The notes beneath the pieces were generated by a model. It did no database searches. It had not been told where the DNA came from and saw only the letters and a list, made by a program, of their open reading frames with translations. A DNA stretch of 63,596 nt, counting the filler. It is 8 parts of 8 records of this genome, joined end to end, with 100 filler letters (N's around TTAATTAATTAA, not from the genome) between each part and the next. Parts side by side here need not be neighbours in the genome. Positions count along the whole stretch, not along the records: positions 1 to 8,437 come from SRR31147125_2266; positions 8,538 to 14,082 come from SRR31147125_2267; 6 more parts are not named here. One strand, given 5' to 3'. Positions 1 to 10,251 of the stretch are shown here, one piece after another; within the stretch, counting starts at the first letter, position 1; each line of letters starts with the position of its first letter. Both the position numbers and the translations under genes were made by a program.

Positions 1-143
1 TATTTGTTGCACTTAATTATACAATGTGGGAAATTTAAAGAGTAAAAAAAGTCTTATATTCATAAAAAAATCATAAAATATGGTATAATATATATTAATA
101 TAAATTAATATAAACTAAGATAAACATAGAAGGGGTTTTTACT

Positions 144-1741
144 GTGTTCAAAAAGGGATGGACGATTTTAACATTAATTTTAATAACTTTTTCAGCAACT
201 TCCTACTTGATTTATAAAAATATAAATCAAAAGGCTGAAAAGCCAAAAGAGGAACTGAAGCTTGAAGATGAAAAAGAGATTTCGGCTGAGGAGTTTAAGG
301 GAGAAAATGCTCTAGTTAAAGAAGAGATTAAGGTATTTCCTAAACCTCTCAAGGAAAAAGTGGTTAAAAAAGAAATTAAGAAAAAGAAAGAAGTTCAAAA
401 ACTTGCCAGTGAAAAAAAGCAGGTAAAGAAGAAACCAGAATCTGAGAAAAAGAAAACACTCCCCCAAAAAACAGACCAAGTTAAAATAATAGAAAAAATT
501 TATAAAGAAGAAAAACCTATTAAAGAAGAAACAGAAGAATTAGAAAAAGAAGAAAAAATTGAGAAGATAATTATGGATCGAGATAGCTTGGAAGTTGATT
601 ATACTCAGTTGATTGGGATAATGATTGAGATAGAAAATTTTGATTCAGCTGAGGAGATGCTTGAAGATCTTGAACCAAAAGATAGTTATGAATTTTATTT
701 TTTATCAGCTAAGTTAGCAGAGAGTAAAAAAGAGTATAAAGGTGCTTTAAAGCTCTATGAAAAAGCTGCTGTGAAAGAACCTAAAAATCCAATTCCCAGA
801 CTTAGAAGGTTGAGTATCTTTATCAGAACAAAATCTGACAAAGATGAAATTAAAAAAGAGTTAAATCTTATATCAGAACTTGAAATGACTGATAGTGAGG
901 AAGAGGAATTTGAAAAACTGAAAAAAATGCTTGAAACGGATGGTAGATTTAAACACCTGTTCAGAGTAACTGGAGGATTGAGTGTTACAGATAATGTTGA
1001 GAGCGATTATGAAGATAAGCAGTCAGATATCAAATCGTTATTTAGTTTGACTTACATGAATCTTTTTAATATCAATGAAAAATATACACTAATGAGTTTT
1101 GCATCTTACTATAATGAGATATATGCAGAAACAAGCGAGAAAAACTCAAACAACTTTTTCATAGGAACAGAACTAAAAAGAGTTTTTCCAAAGTTTGAGC
1201 TACAAGTTCCATTTATTTTTAGCATTAGCTATGTTGATGGAGATGAAGCGGTAAAAAGTACATCTATTGGAGCAGAGTTAGTAAAAAAACTTGATTCGAA
1301 CTTAGTTGGTACATTTGGTTTAAATATCGAGCCAACAACTAACACTTTGTATGATTATAGCGGTAGTAAATATCAACTGTTTGGAAATATTGACTGGAAA
1401 AAAGATCTGATAACAAAATACAGTCTGGAACTAAGTGGTGAGCGAACTCAATATTCGCTCGATAGTGAAAACTATACTGCGTATGGAGCGGAACTGCAGA
1501 GAAGAAAATCTACAAAGGAAAATATGATTTGATATTGAAATATATTTTTCTGTTTGAAGATTATGATGAAGATGACAGAGATGATATGATTAATGTACTT
1601 GACTTTGCACTTAAATCGAAATTATTTAACACTAAATGGCAATACATTTTAAATTATAATTTTGAAACATCTGATTCAAGTTATACAGAGTATGAATATC
1701 AGAAAAATGAACTATCAATTAAATTAAAAAGAGACTTTTAG
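144..1741 (+). CDS. TPR-containing outer-membrane beta-barrel protein (Slam/DUF560-like architecture), frameshifted near 1490-1500
   Basis: N-terminal hydrophobic anchor, Lys/Glu-rich linker, TPR-like helices (YKGALKLYEKAAVKEPKNP), then amphipathic beta strands. The alternative frame reads GTAEKKIYKGKYDLILKYIF into ORF 1529-1741 and ends in KLKRDF, a terminal-Phe barrel signature. Confidence 0.7.
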
Positions 1742-1753
1742 GAGGCTGGAATT

Positions 1754-2931
1754 TTGAAAAAGACAATACTTTTTTTACTATTATTAATTTTTTCAATTAC
1801 TAACTTTTCAGCTTCTGAACTAGATAGTTTATTGAAAGATGATGGTGATCTCTTTGATGAATTAACTGCTGATGAAAATGGCTTGTTACCAAAGGATGCT
1901 TATGTTGAAGAGTTGTTTGGGCAGGTATATTTACAGCATGAAGGTAGTGATAAGTGGTTGCAGTTGATTAAAAATTCGACAGTGGAAGAGAAAGATACAG
2001 TTTTAACTATGGAAAACTCTGGAGTTAAAATTAGAATAGAAGATGAAACATATATAAACCTAAACGCAAGATCAAAGATATACTTCGATACTATGCGAGG
2101 GAAACCAAATGTGGAACTCATGACCGAGACAGGTCTAAAGCTTGCGTGGGGAAAAGTATTTTCTAAAGTAAGAAAAAAACTGGAGACAGGTGGAAGATAT
2201 GAGATAGAAGTCGAGGGAGTTGTTGCCGGTGTTCGTGGAACACAATATGAAGTAGAAAAAGATAAAGAAACGAAAAAAATAAAAATTAAAGTATTTGAAG
2301 GGAAAGTTGTAGTAACCTCAACGGAGAAAAAAATCAGAAAAAATCTGTCGGTAAAAAATCAGAAAAAGAGGAAAAAAAGACTGATAAGTCCGGAGATGAA
2401 GAGAATCAGTCTAGCTCAAATGATCAAAGCGAAGACTCTCAGCAAGCAGATGCTCAAGAGCAACAAGGTCAAGACTCTGGAGACGAAGGACTTACTAATG
2501 ATGATAAACAAAATTTAGATGAGGGAGTTTCTCTCGGACCAGAAGATGAGTTAAATATAGGTGAAGATGGCGTTGAGATAAACATTACAAAACATGATGA
2601 CGAAGCACCAACTGAACTTGAAAAATCCAGTGCAGTTAGTAGTGAAATACAAAAAGTAGCTAATGATGTAACAGAAAGTGATGAAGAGACTCAAGGGAAC
2701 CAATCAAGCTCAACTAGTCAAAGCAGTTCTGAAGAGCAGGGTGAAGAGGAAGAATTTGAAGATGATGAAATGACTGAGGAAGTTGAGGAAGAAACTTTGC
2801 AAGATGAAGTAATACAGGATAAAATACCGGAAGATGAGGTAGACGAAGTTGAGGATACTGTAGAAGATACAGTGGACGAAGTTGTGGATGAGAATACTTC
2901 TGTAGGGAAAATAATATTAGAGATAAAATAG
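1754..2931 (+). CDS. Secreted FecR-domain protein with long acidic linker; frameshift in A-run near 2327-2333
   Basis: Signal peptide and FecR-like motifs (DTVLT..NS.VKI; VVAGVRGTQYEV; IKVFEGKVVV). The shifted frame stays open through an Asp/Glu/Ser-rich tract to ...SVGKIILEIK and TAG at 2929-2931. Confidence 0.75.
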
Positions 2932-2957
2932 TATAGAAGTATCGGGGGTGAAGGGTA

Positions 2958-4475
2958 GTGAAGAAACATTTATTAATTTTACTAATGTTAGCTACATTGT
3001 TGCTTTTGGCAGGTTGTTTTGGTGATGGAATAAGAAATATAGATAAAGGCTTTGGAAATGTAATTATTTCAGGAAAATGGGCAGGTCACCTGAAAAGTTC
3101 AGACAATGCTTCAAGGACAATATATGCTAATGCAGGCTCAATAAAAATAGTATTAACTAAGAATTCTCAAGAACTTAGTCAAACAGTAACAAGAGACTCT
3201 AGTTCAGACTCATTTTATATAGAGATTGATAATGTTGAAGTTGGTGATTGGTCAATGACTCTTGTAATTTACGATAGTGATGGAGACGAAGTTGCCAGAA
3301 AAACAGGGAGTGTGACAGTTGCATCTGGAGATAACCCAGTTAGCGTGCTTGTAACTCTAAATGACTATACTATTGGGCCTCAAAACTACGCAGAATTATT
3401 TTTACAGAATGCATTAGCTAAAAATTTCAGCTTAATATCTAGCCAATATGAGGCTATCACATATTTGGGAGTAAGTGAAATTGATGTTTATCTTGCTGAC
3501 GCTTATATTAGAACGGGAACATATAATTATCACACAGATTTTTTAGCTAAAAATCAGTTGTTTAATTGGGATTGGCCAAATGTTATTTATTATGAGATAG
3601 GTACAGAGGATGTTGATAGCACCTATGTTTCAACAAGTAGTGATGATATTGTTGCATCGATGGAATATAGTTATAGTGATGACTATGTTATAGGAGCAAC
3701 GTATACTAATAGTGATGATTTTGAAGAAAATAGACTAATATCATATAATAGTTCAGGAAAAATAAGTCAGGTTGAGATATTAGTTGAAAAAGCTAGTGAC
3801 TCAAGTAGTGAAAAGCTAATATATACTTATGAAGGTTGTTTGTTAACAGAATTGGCTTCATCGGTTAATGGAACTCCAATGACTCTAACATATTCAGGAG
3901 AAGATTTACTTTCTAATGTTGAGAAGGATGAAGATAATAATACTGTGAGAGAGCGGTCGTATACTTGGAGCTCAGGCAATATTGTTTCCTCAACTGATAA
4001 AATGTATGATGTAAATGATTATGACTCTGATTCAAACACTACAGAAATAAGGTGGGAAAGAGACTCGACATATACATACGGTGGAGATTATCTTATATCA
4101 GTGACAAATCTGGATGAGATACTGCTCACCGGGTCAGAAAACTATGAAAAGGAAGAAATAACTTACACTTATGATTCTAGTAATAAGATAACTGGAATAA
4201 CAGTAGATAAGTATCACTATGAAGATAGTGCAGCGGAAGATTATGATAATGATGGAACACAAGGCTATTATTTATCCAATCTGGTTCAGATAGATTTTAC
4301 TTATGATGATGATGACCTTGTGAGAAAAGTTGAATATTTTTACACAGCATATGACTATTCATATAATTCGGGGACATCTTCATATGATAGAACTGATACA
4401 GAAAATTTAGTATTTTATGAGATGATATATTATACGTCTGATGACGGCAGTGATGTAACAATAGGGGTTCAGTAA
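2958..4475 (+). CDS. Lipoprotein with N-terminal Ig/prealbumin-like domain and Tyr/Asp-rich (YD-like) beta repeats
   Basis: Lipobox LAGC. Repeated 'T.YTY(D/S)..G.I' units. Paralogous to the next gene. Confidence 0.7.
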   Translation: MKKHLLILLMLATLLLLAGCFGDGIRNIDKGFGNVIISGKWAGHLKSSDNASRTIYANAGSIKIVLTKNSQELSQTVTRDSSSDSFYIEIDNVEVGDWSMTLVIYDSDGDEVARKTGSVTVASGDNPVSVLVTLNDYTIGPQNYAELFLQNALAKNFSLISSQYEAITYLGVSEIDVYLADAYIRTGTYNYHTDFLAKNQLFNWDWPNVIYYEIGTEDVDSTYVSTSSDDIVASMEYSYSDDYVIGATYTNSDDFEENRLISYNSSGKISQVEILVEKASDSSSEKLIYTYEGCLLTELASSVNGTPMTLTYSGEDLLSNVEKDEDNNTVRERSYTWSSGNIVSSTDKMYDVNDYDSDSNTTEIRWERDSTYTYGGDYLISVTNLDEILLTGSENYEKEEITYTYDSSNKITGITVDKYHYEDSAAEDYDNDGTQGYYLSNLVQIDFTYDDDDLVRKVEYFYTAYDYSYNSGTSSYDRTDTENLVFYEMIYYTSDDGSDVTIGVQ

Positions 4476-4487
4476 GGGGGTGCTAAC

Positions 4488-5777
4488 TTGAAAAAAATAT
4501 TAATAATCTTGATTTTTAGCTTGTTTTTGCTAATGGGTTGTGTTGATAATATAAAGAGAGATACAAATACAAGTCAGAATATTGAAGAAACGGAAAGCAA
4601 TATAGTACTGAATGTAAAATGGTCTGGAGAAACGACGGATAATTCGGTTTCGAGATTTATTCATTATGATACAGCAACTATTCAAGTAGTACTAACTAAA
4701 GGAACTACAACTGAAACAGTTGATTTTGTTAGGTCAAGTGATGAAACTGAGGTGTCAAAGACACTGAAAAATATAGAGACTGGTATCTGGACGGTTGATG
4801 TAACTTTGGAAGATTCCAATGGGGAGATAGCAACTAAACAGGAGACCGTCATAGTAGTAGAAGGTTCGAACAATATTACCATTGTAATGAGAAGAGGAGA
4901 TTATAGCAATAACCCAAAACTATATGAAACTTTTTATCCAAATTATAAATATAATTATATAGGAAGCTTCTTTGGGATACATGCTGTCGCCTCACTGGGT
5001 ATTGGGTCTATTGAGATAGGTTTGACTGATAAACTGGGAACATACGAGACTTTCTTACCTGTAAATATGTATCTGCCTCATTTTGATGATTCAACAGACT
5101 CTTCCTGGATAGCAACTGGTTCGGGAATAGTTGGAACTCTAACTTTTACTTATAACTCTGACGAACAAATAACACAGGCTGTATATGAAAACACATCAAC
5201 ATATATTAGTACAACCACTTTTACTTATGATAGTTTAGGTGAACTGTCTACAGAAGAAACTGTCGTAAAATATGGTGGAATAGAGCAGTCAGATATAACT
5301 AAGACATATAGTTATACAAATGGTCTATTAACTTCAGTAAGTTCAACAGATGGTAAGGAGATAACAATTGCATACTCAGATGGCAAACTCGCTACACTTG
5401 ATATAACAAATTCAGGTTCGGCTGATTATTCAGAAAATTATAGTGTTTCAGGTGACATTGTAACTAGGATAAATTATGACTATGGTGACGATAATTATGA
5501 AGCTTTTGATATAGATATTTCTACTTCAGGGCAAATTTATTCTACTGTGAATACATATACGTCATCAACTTCACCAAGTGCTTTTGCTACGGCATACTAT
5601 TATGATGGTAGTAATATTGAATATTCATTTATATCAGTTAGTGAAGGAGAAAAAATAGTATTTAATTCATCTAGTTCATCAATTGATTCTATAGAGTTAT
5701 ATTATACAAGCTCTTCAGTTGACACTCAAATTTCATATTTTAATATTACATATGATTCAACAATAATTGATATTTAG
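4488..5777 (+). CDS. Lipoprotein paralogous to 2958-4475, with YD-like repeats
   Basis: Lipobox LMGC. Shares the N-terminal domain (..KW.G...SR.I....I..VLTK...N(I/V)E.G.W...V...DS.G) and has TFTYNS/TFTYDS/TYSYTNG repeats. Confidence 0.7.
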   Translation: MKKILIILIFSLFLLMGCVDNIKRDTNTSQNIEETESNIVLNVKWSGETTDNSVSRFIHYDTATIQVVLTKGTTTETVDFVRSSDETEVSKTLKNIETGIWTVDVTLEDSNGEIATKQETVIVVEGSNNITIVMRRGDYSNNPKLYETFYPNYKYNYIGSFFGIHAVASLGIGSIEIGLTDKLGTYETFLPVNMYLPHFDDSTDSSWIATGSGIVGTLTFTYNSDEQITQAVYENTSTYISTTTFTYDSLGELSTEETVVKYGGIEQSDITKTYSYTNGLLTSVSSTDGKEITIAYSDGKLATLDITNSGSADYSENYSVSGDIVTRINYDYGDDNYEAFDIDISTSGQIYSTVNTYTSSTSPSAFATAYYYDGSNIEYSFISVSEGEKIVFNSSSSSIDSIELYYTSSSVDTQISYFNITYDSTIIDI

Positions 5778-5998
5778 AATTAAGAGCCAAGTACTTAACA
5801 CCTTAACAGGCGAAATAGCTAAGTATGAACTCAAGTTAAGTTGTTTTGTAACATGAGATCCTCTCAAAGGAATAAATTTTCCTAAATTTTATCACAAATT
5901 ATTTTTTAGTTTTTCAGTAAGTTCTTATTAATTACCTTATTTTTACTATCTTATATTATAATATAACGATAAATATTAACTGTTTTGAGGAGAGACAC

Positions 5999-8437
5999 AT
6001 GAAAAAAATTCAAATTTTTCTTTTAATAATATTAAATTTAATATTTTTTTCTTCTTGTAGAAAGAATAAAGACTCTGGGAGTGATAATTCTACAGCAATC
6101 ATTAGCGGATATATTTCAAGTAACTCTGCTAGTTCTAAAAGTGTTTCTACTTCAACGCTGGAAGATATAAGATATATCGCGGCTATTCCTATTAATAGTG
6201 ATGGAAATGCTTATTGGGTAAAACTTAGTGATAATGGTCAATTTTCATTTACTGTGGCTTCAAAAGGAAGTTATATCTTTAAGCTTGTAGATGAATATGG
6301 ATTAACTAGGAGAGAGCTCGCTTTTGGGGATGAAACTTATAATGTTTTTTCTGTTCAGGATTCAACAGATTTTGGTAATGTTGAGTTTAATGATACTAAT
6401 ACAAATCTCGCACTTAGTAGTCTAAACGGAACGAATAGAGATAATGCAAATATAAATGAAACTTTAGTAAATAGCATTTTAATCTCTTTACTTGAAACAC
6501 TTCTAAATAATGGCAATAAAGGTAAGCTAGTCTATACAGATAAAAATAATATTGAAGTAAATCTTGTACTTAATCGTTCGTTAGATTCTGATGGACGCGC
6601 AATCGAACAAAGATTAAATCTTACTCTTGATAATAAACCTGCTGAATATGGAGAGTTAAATTTTATAGATAAAATCTCTTTAGGCATTGTAGTTGTTGAT
6701 TCAGCTGCTAATGACATTGATGCGACAACTCTATATAGCTCTGATAATTATTTAATTGATGACACAGTAAGCCTTATGGAAAGTTATTCTGAAGAGTTGA
6801 TTAAAATATCAACTTTGATTAAAAATATAACTGATTCTGATTCGTTTGTACAGGATAATTTCCAATCTATTGTTGACTTATTCAATCAAGGAGAATCACT
6901 ATCAGAAGCGTCTTCTGAAATTATCAATTCTAACAACTATACTGCTCTTGTGGAAAAAGCAGAGAGGAAGCTCATACTTTAATTCATGGAGATGCAGAAA
7001 CTATTTCGCTCAAATCTCTTCCAGATAAAACAAGTTATTTAATAGGTGATACCTTTGACTATAGTGGATTAGAGATCAACGTAAATTATGAAGATGGAAG
7101 TTCTGAAACTTTAGATAACTCAAAAATTAGTATTACAGGTTTTGATAGTTCAAGTTCTGGAATTAAAACCATAACAGCAACATACGATGAACTTAGCGTA
7201 ACTTTTGCAGTTAATATAACTAGTTCAAGTCCTGTAAATATAACAAAATCTATAAATATTGGTTCAGTATCGTATAGTATTAATATTCAGTACTATTCAG
7301 GTACATTTGGTTATGAAATAAATAATAACGAAGTAACTATTACCGACTCCCTAGTAGACGATACAAGTTTAACTATACCTACTACTATTGATGGCTACCC
7401 GGTTACAACAATTGGATTTGCAGCTTTTTTTAATAATAATTTGTCGGGTATATCGATACCTGATTCTGTTACAAGTATAGAAGACTATGCGTTCAGAAAT
7501 AACTCGCTCACTAGTATTGTTATTCCAACTTCTGTAATAGATATAGGAAATAATGCTTTTGAATCTAATTTAATAACAAGTATATCGATACCTGATTCTG
7601 TTACAAGTTTAGGAAGCGGTGCTTTTAGGGAAAATCAAATTACAACATTAACACTCTCAAATTCAATCACTGAAATACCTGATTACGCTTTTTATAATAA
7701 TCAAATAACTTCAGTTACAATTCCTAATGGAGTTACAAGAATAGGAGACTACGCCTTTAAAAATAATTCATTAACGAGTATGTCTATACCTAGCACAGTT
7801 ACGAAGGTTGGAGAACACGCTTTTTACGGAAACGACCTAACTACTGTTACACTTCCTGACTCTATCACAGAGATCGGGAATTACGCATTTAAGAATAACG
7901 CACTTACAACTATCTCTGTCCCTGAATCTATAACTGAAATTGGAGCAGGGGCATTTGAAAATAATAGCTTAACAACTATCTCGCTTCCTGATTCTGTCAC
8001 GGAAATCGGAGGATTTGCATTTTATGGAAATAACTTAACAGGGGTGACACTACCCAACTCGCTTAAACAGATAGATAGCCTTGCATTTGCGGAAAACCAA
8101 ATAACAAGTATCACTTTTCCTGAAACAATTACTGGGTTTGGTGAAGGAGCGTTTTTTGACAATGATTTAACTGAAATCACGTTACCAGACTCAATCACTG
8201 AAATATCTGCGCATGCATTTGGTAATAATAGTAATTTAGCAGAGATATATATACCAAATACAGTTACAAGTATTGACTCGAGTGCATTTGAAAATTCAAG
8301 TGAAAATTTAGCAATCCTGGGTGAAGCTGGATCAGTTGCTGCAACTTATGCTGCTGATAACGGATTTGATTTTGAACTTGATCTTGGATCATTCTCTATT
8401 AGCTCTCAACCAGATAAAACTACTTATTATACTGAAG
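5999..8437 (+). CDS. Surface lipoprotein with bacterial Ig-like (Big_3) domain and BspA/TpLRR repeats; frameshift near 6955-6965; truncated by contig end
   Basis: Lipobox FSSC. The shifted frame reads PDKTSYLIGDTFDYSGLEINVNYEDG...ITGFDSS..GIKTITATY and continues in frame into the LRR ORF at 7441 (IPDSVTSIG.YAF..N.LT repeats). A second PDKT.Y Ig domain begins at the end. Confidence 0.8.
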
Positions 8438-8537
8438 NNNNNNNNNNNNNNNNNNNNNNNNNNNNNNNNNNNNNNNNNNNNTTAATTAATTAANNNNNNN
8501 NNNNNNNNNNNNNNNNNNNNNNNNNNNNNNNNNNNNN
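8438..8537. other. Artificial contig linker (N-run, TTAATTAATTAA, N-run)
   Basis: The same 100-nt six-frame-stop linker occurs at 14083-14182, 29307-29406, 36100-36199, 41630-41729, 49034-49133 and 55566-55665. Confidence 0.98.
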
Positions 8538-8577
8538 TTAGGGAAACAATCCCTTTTTCATTGGTTTTGCAAGGGAT

Positions 8578-8619
8578 GGCATGGAAAAAATGGCAGGGGG
8601 TGTAAATCCCTTGTGAGCG
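8578..8619 (+). mobile_element. Possible remnant of a group IIC intron 5' end
   Basis: GGCATGG..AATGGCAGGGGGTGTAAATCCCTTGTGAGCG resembles, from memory, the 5' domain I of class C group II introns. It lies just after a terminator-like hairpin (GGGAAACAATCCCTTTTT). Confidence 0.35.
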
Positions 8620-8649
8620 GATCAATTCATCAGTTCATTTTTTTGTCAA

Positions 8650-9477
8650 TCATTTTTTTATTTCAAAATTTTTTCTTATTTTTTTCAACTCTTCACGCAA
8701 AAAGTTATTTTCCTGATCAAGATAGCCTATTTTTTCAAAATCTTCCATTGACAAAGATTCAAATTTTCCAATTGTTTCGTTAAATTTTTCCAATAGTTGC
8801 CTGATTTTAAAATCTAAAGGAAAAAAATCACCACCAACATTCATTTGGTGGTAATCTTGAATGATTTCCTTTGATGCTAAAAGTAATTCATTTCTCGCTT
8901 TGAAATTATCCAATTCAGGTATCTTGTGGTCAGATTTTAATGTTCGCTTTTTAAAAGCCTTTACATTACTAATAAATCCAATAAATATCATACCCAAAAC
9001 GCAGCCAATGATAAATTCAAACCAGTGCACCTTTTTAGCAGCAACCGGTTCATTTTTAGTTAGATCAGATGTCATATTTGAATCTTGATCAGTTGTTTTA
9101 TTTGTTAATTCTTTTTTCTTTTCAATTCTTACCGTATCGTTTCGGCTTGGGATATTGATGGGTTTTGATTCCTCAACAGATTTTTCTTCCTGGACATTTG
9201 GCTGATTAATTATTTTAACCTTACTCTTTTCTACCCAGCCTGTTTTACCATTATTTTCAATTTTAACCTGGAGCCAGCCATCTTTTTCCTGCTGTAACAG
9301 CAGTATTGTATTGCTTTCAACCACATAAAGAATATTGGATTGTTTTAAAGGATAGGTCTTTATAAAGGTAGGTTCTTTTGTTTTAATGACACTATTTTCA
9401 TTGATGGTAATCTCTGCCGTGGCATTACCAAATAATAAAATAGCAACGATAGGTAAAAGTATAGATAATTGTTTCAT
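8650..9477 (-). CDS. SH3 (SH3_3-like) domain membrane protein
   Basis: Signal peptide, SH3b motif 'KDGWLQVKIENNGKTGWVEKSKV', one TM helix, coiled-coil C-terminus. Confidence 0.7.
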   Translation of the reverse strand: MKQLSILLPIVAILLFGNATAEITINENSVIKTKEPTFIKTYPLKQSNILYVVESNTILLLQQEKDGWLQVKIENNGKTGWVEKSKVKIINQPNVQEEKSVEESKPINIPSRNDTVRIEKKKELTNKTTDQDSNMTSDLTKNEPVAAKKVHWFEFIIGCVLGMIFIGFISNVKAFKKRTLKSDHKIPELDNFKARNELLLASKEIIQDYHQMNVGGDFFPLDFKIRQLLEKFNETIGKFESLSMEDFEKIGYLDQENNFLREELKKIRKNFEIKK

Positions 9478-9597
9478 TTATGTTCCCCGGTAAATTCAAT
9501 TAGGTGCACAAGAGTCCAGCACCGTACATTTTTTTTTATGCATCTGTGCATGTGTTTTGTATGTTTCATTTCAACCTACTCATTTCTGTATTCCCAA

Positions 9598-9795
9598 TCA
9601 ATAATAATCTTGCACGCCCCGCATCTTCGTTTTTGATTTTCTCAAAATATGCCCCAGGTCATTTAAAACATTTTCAGTTAAATTGCCATTCGTTTCGAGC
9701 TCTATAATTACTTTACCTTCTGGTAAATCAAAAAACGAACCAGATTCCTTCAGTAATTTGTTGATCTTAATTCGTGCTTTTACCTCCTTTTTCAC
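9598..9795 (-). pseudogene. hsdR: Remnant of the N-terminus of a type I restriction enzyme R subunit
   Basis: KEVKARIKINKLLKESG..FFD...GK..I.LE resembles HsdR N-termini; it decays by frameshifts around an ADYLL-like motif. Confidence 0.55.
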
Positions 9796-10251
9796 GATAC
9801 CCCGACCATCTAATCGTAAAATAATTACAAATTCCACTAGTAAAAATTTAGCATGAAAATTAGCACATATGGTAATATCCAGATTTAAACAAATTCTGTA
9901 TAGCTGAATCATGTTTAGAGCGAAACCTCAAATCCAACAACTAGCAAGGAAGGCAGGCCCGGGCTCGCGAAAAACCTTCCGACGGGAGTGCTTGATGGCA
10001 CTATTTTGGTTTACAGCATAACGTAGTCATGTGTGGAATTGTGGTTATTTGAACCCTTTTGAAGGATTTGTCAGCTTTACAGATGGTTTATTTTATTAAT
10101 AAACAATAATTTGACTGAGATGAGTAAATAAGCCATTCCAACATTGCAGGAACAGTATGAAAAGACTGGACAGCAAGTACTTTATGGCCAATGTGGACTT
10201 TTATTCTGACATCGTGGACGAATTTGAGATGCTTCAGGATAGAGAAAAGCC

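Noticed and set aside
2958-5777. RHS polymorphic toxins
   Set aside because: There is no RHS core cleavage motif, toxin domain or immunity gene, and both proteins are short lipoproteins.
7449-7608. DGR template/variable repeat pair
   Set aside because: The copies are short, identical, in-frame LRR units with no adenine-specific differences, and no reverse transcriptase is present.
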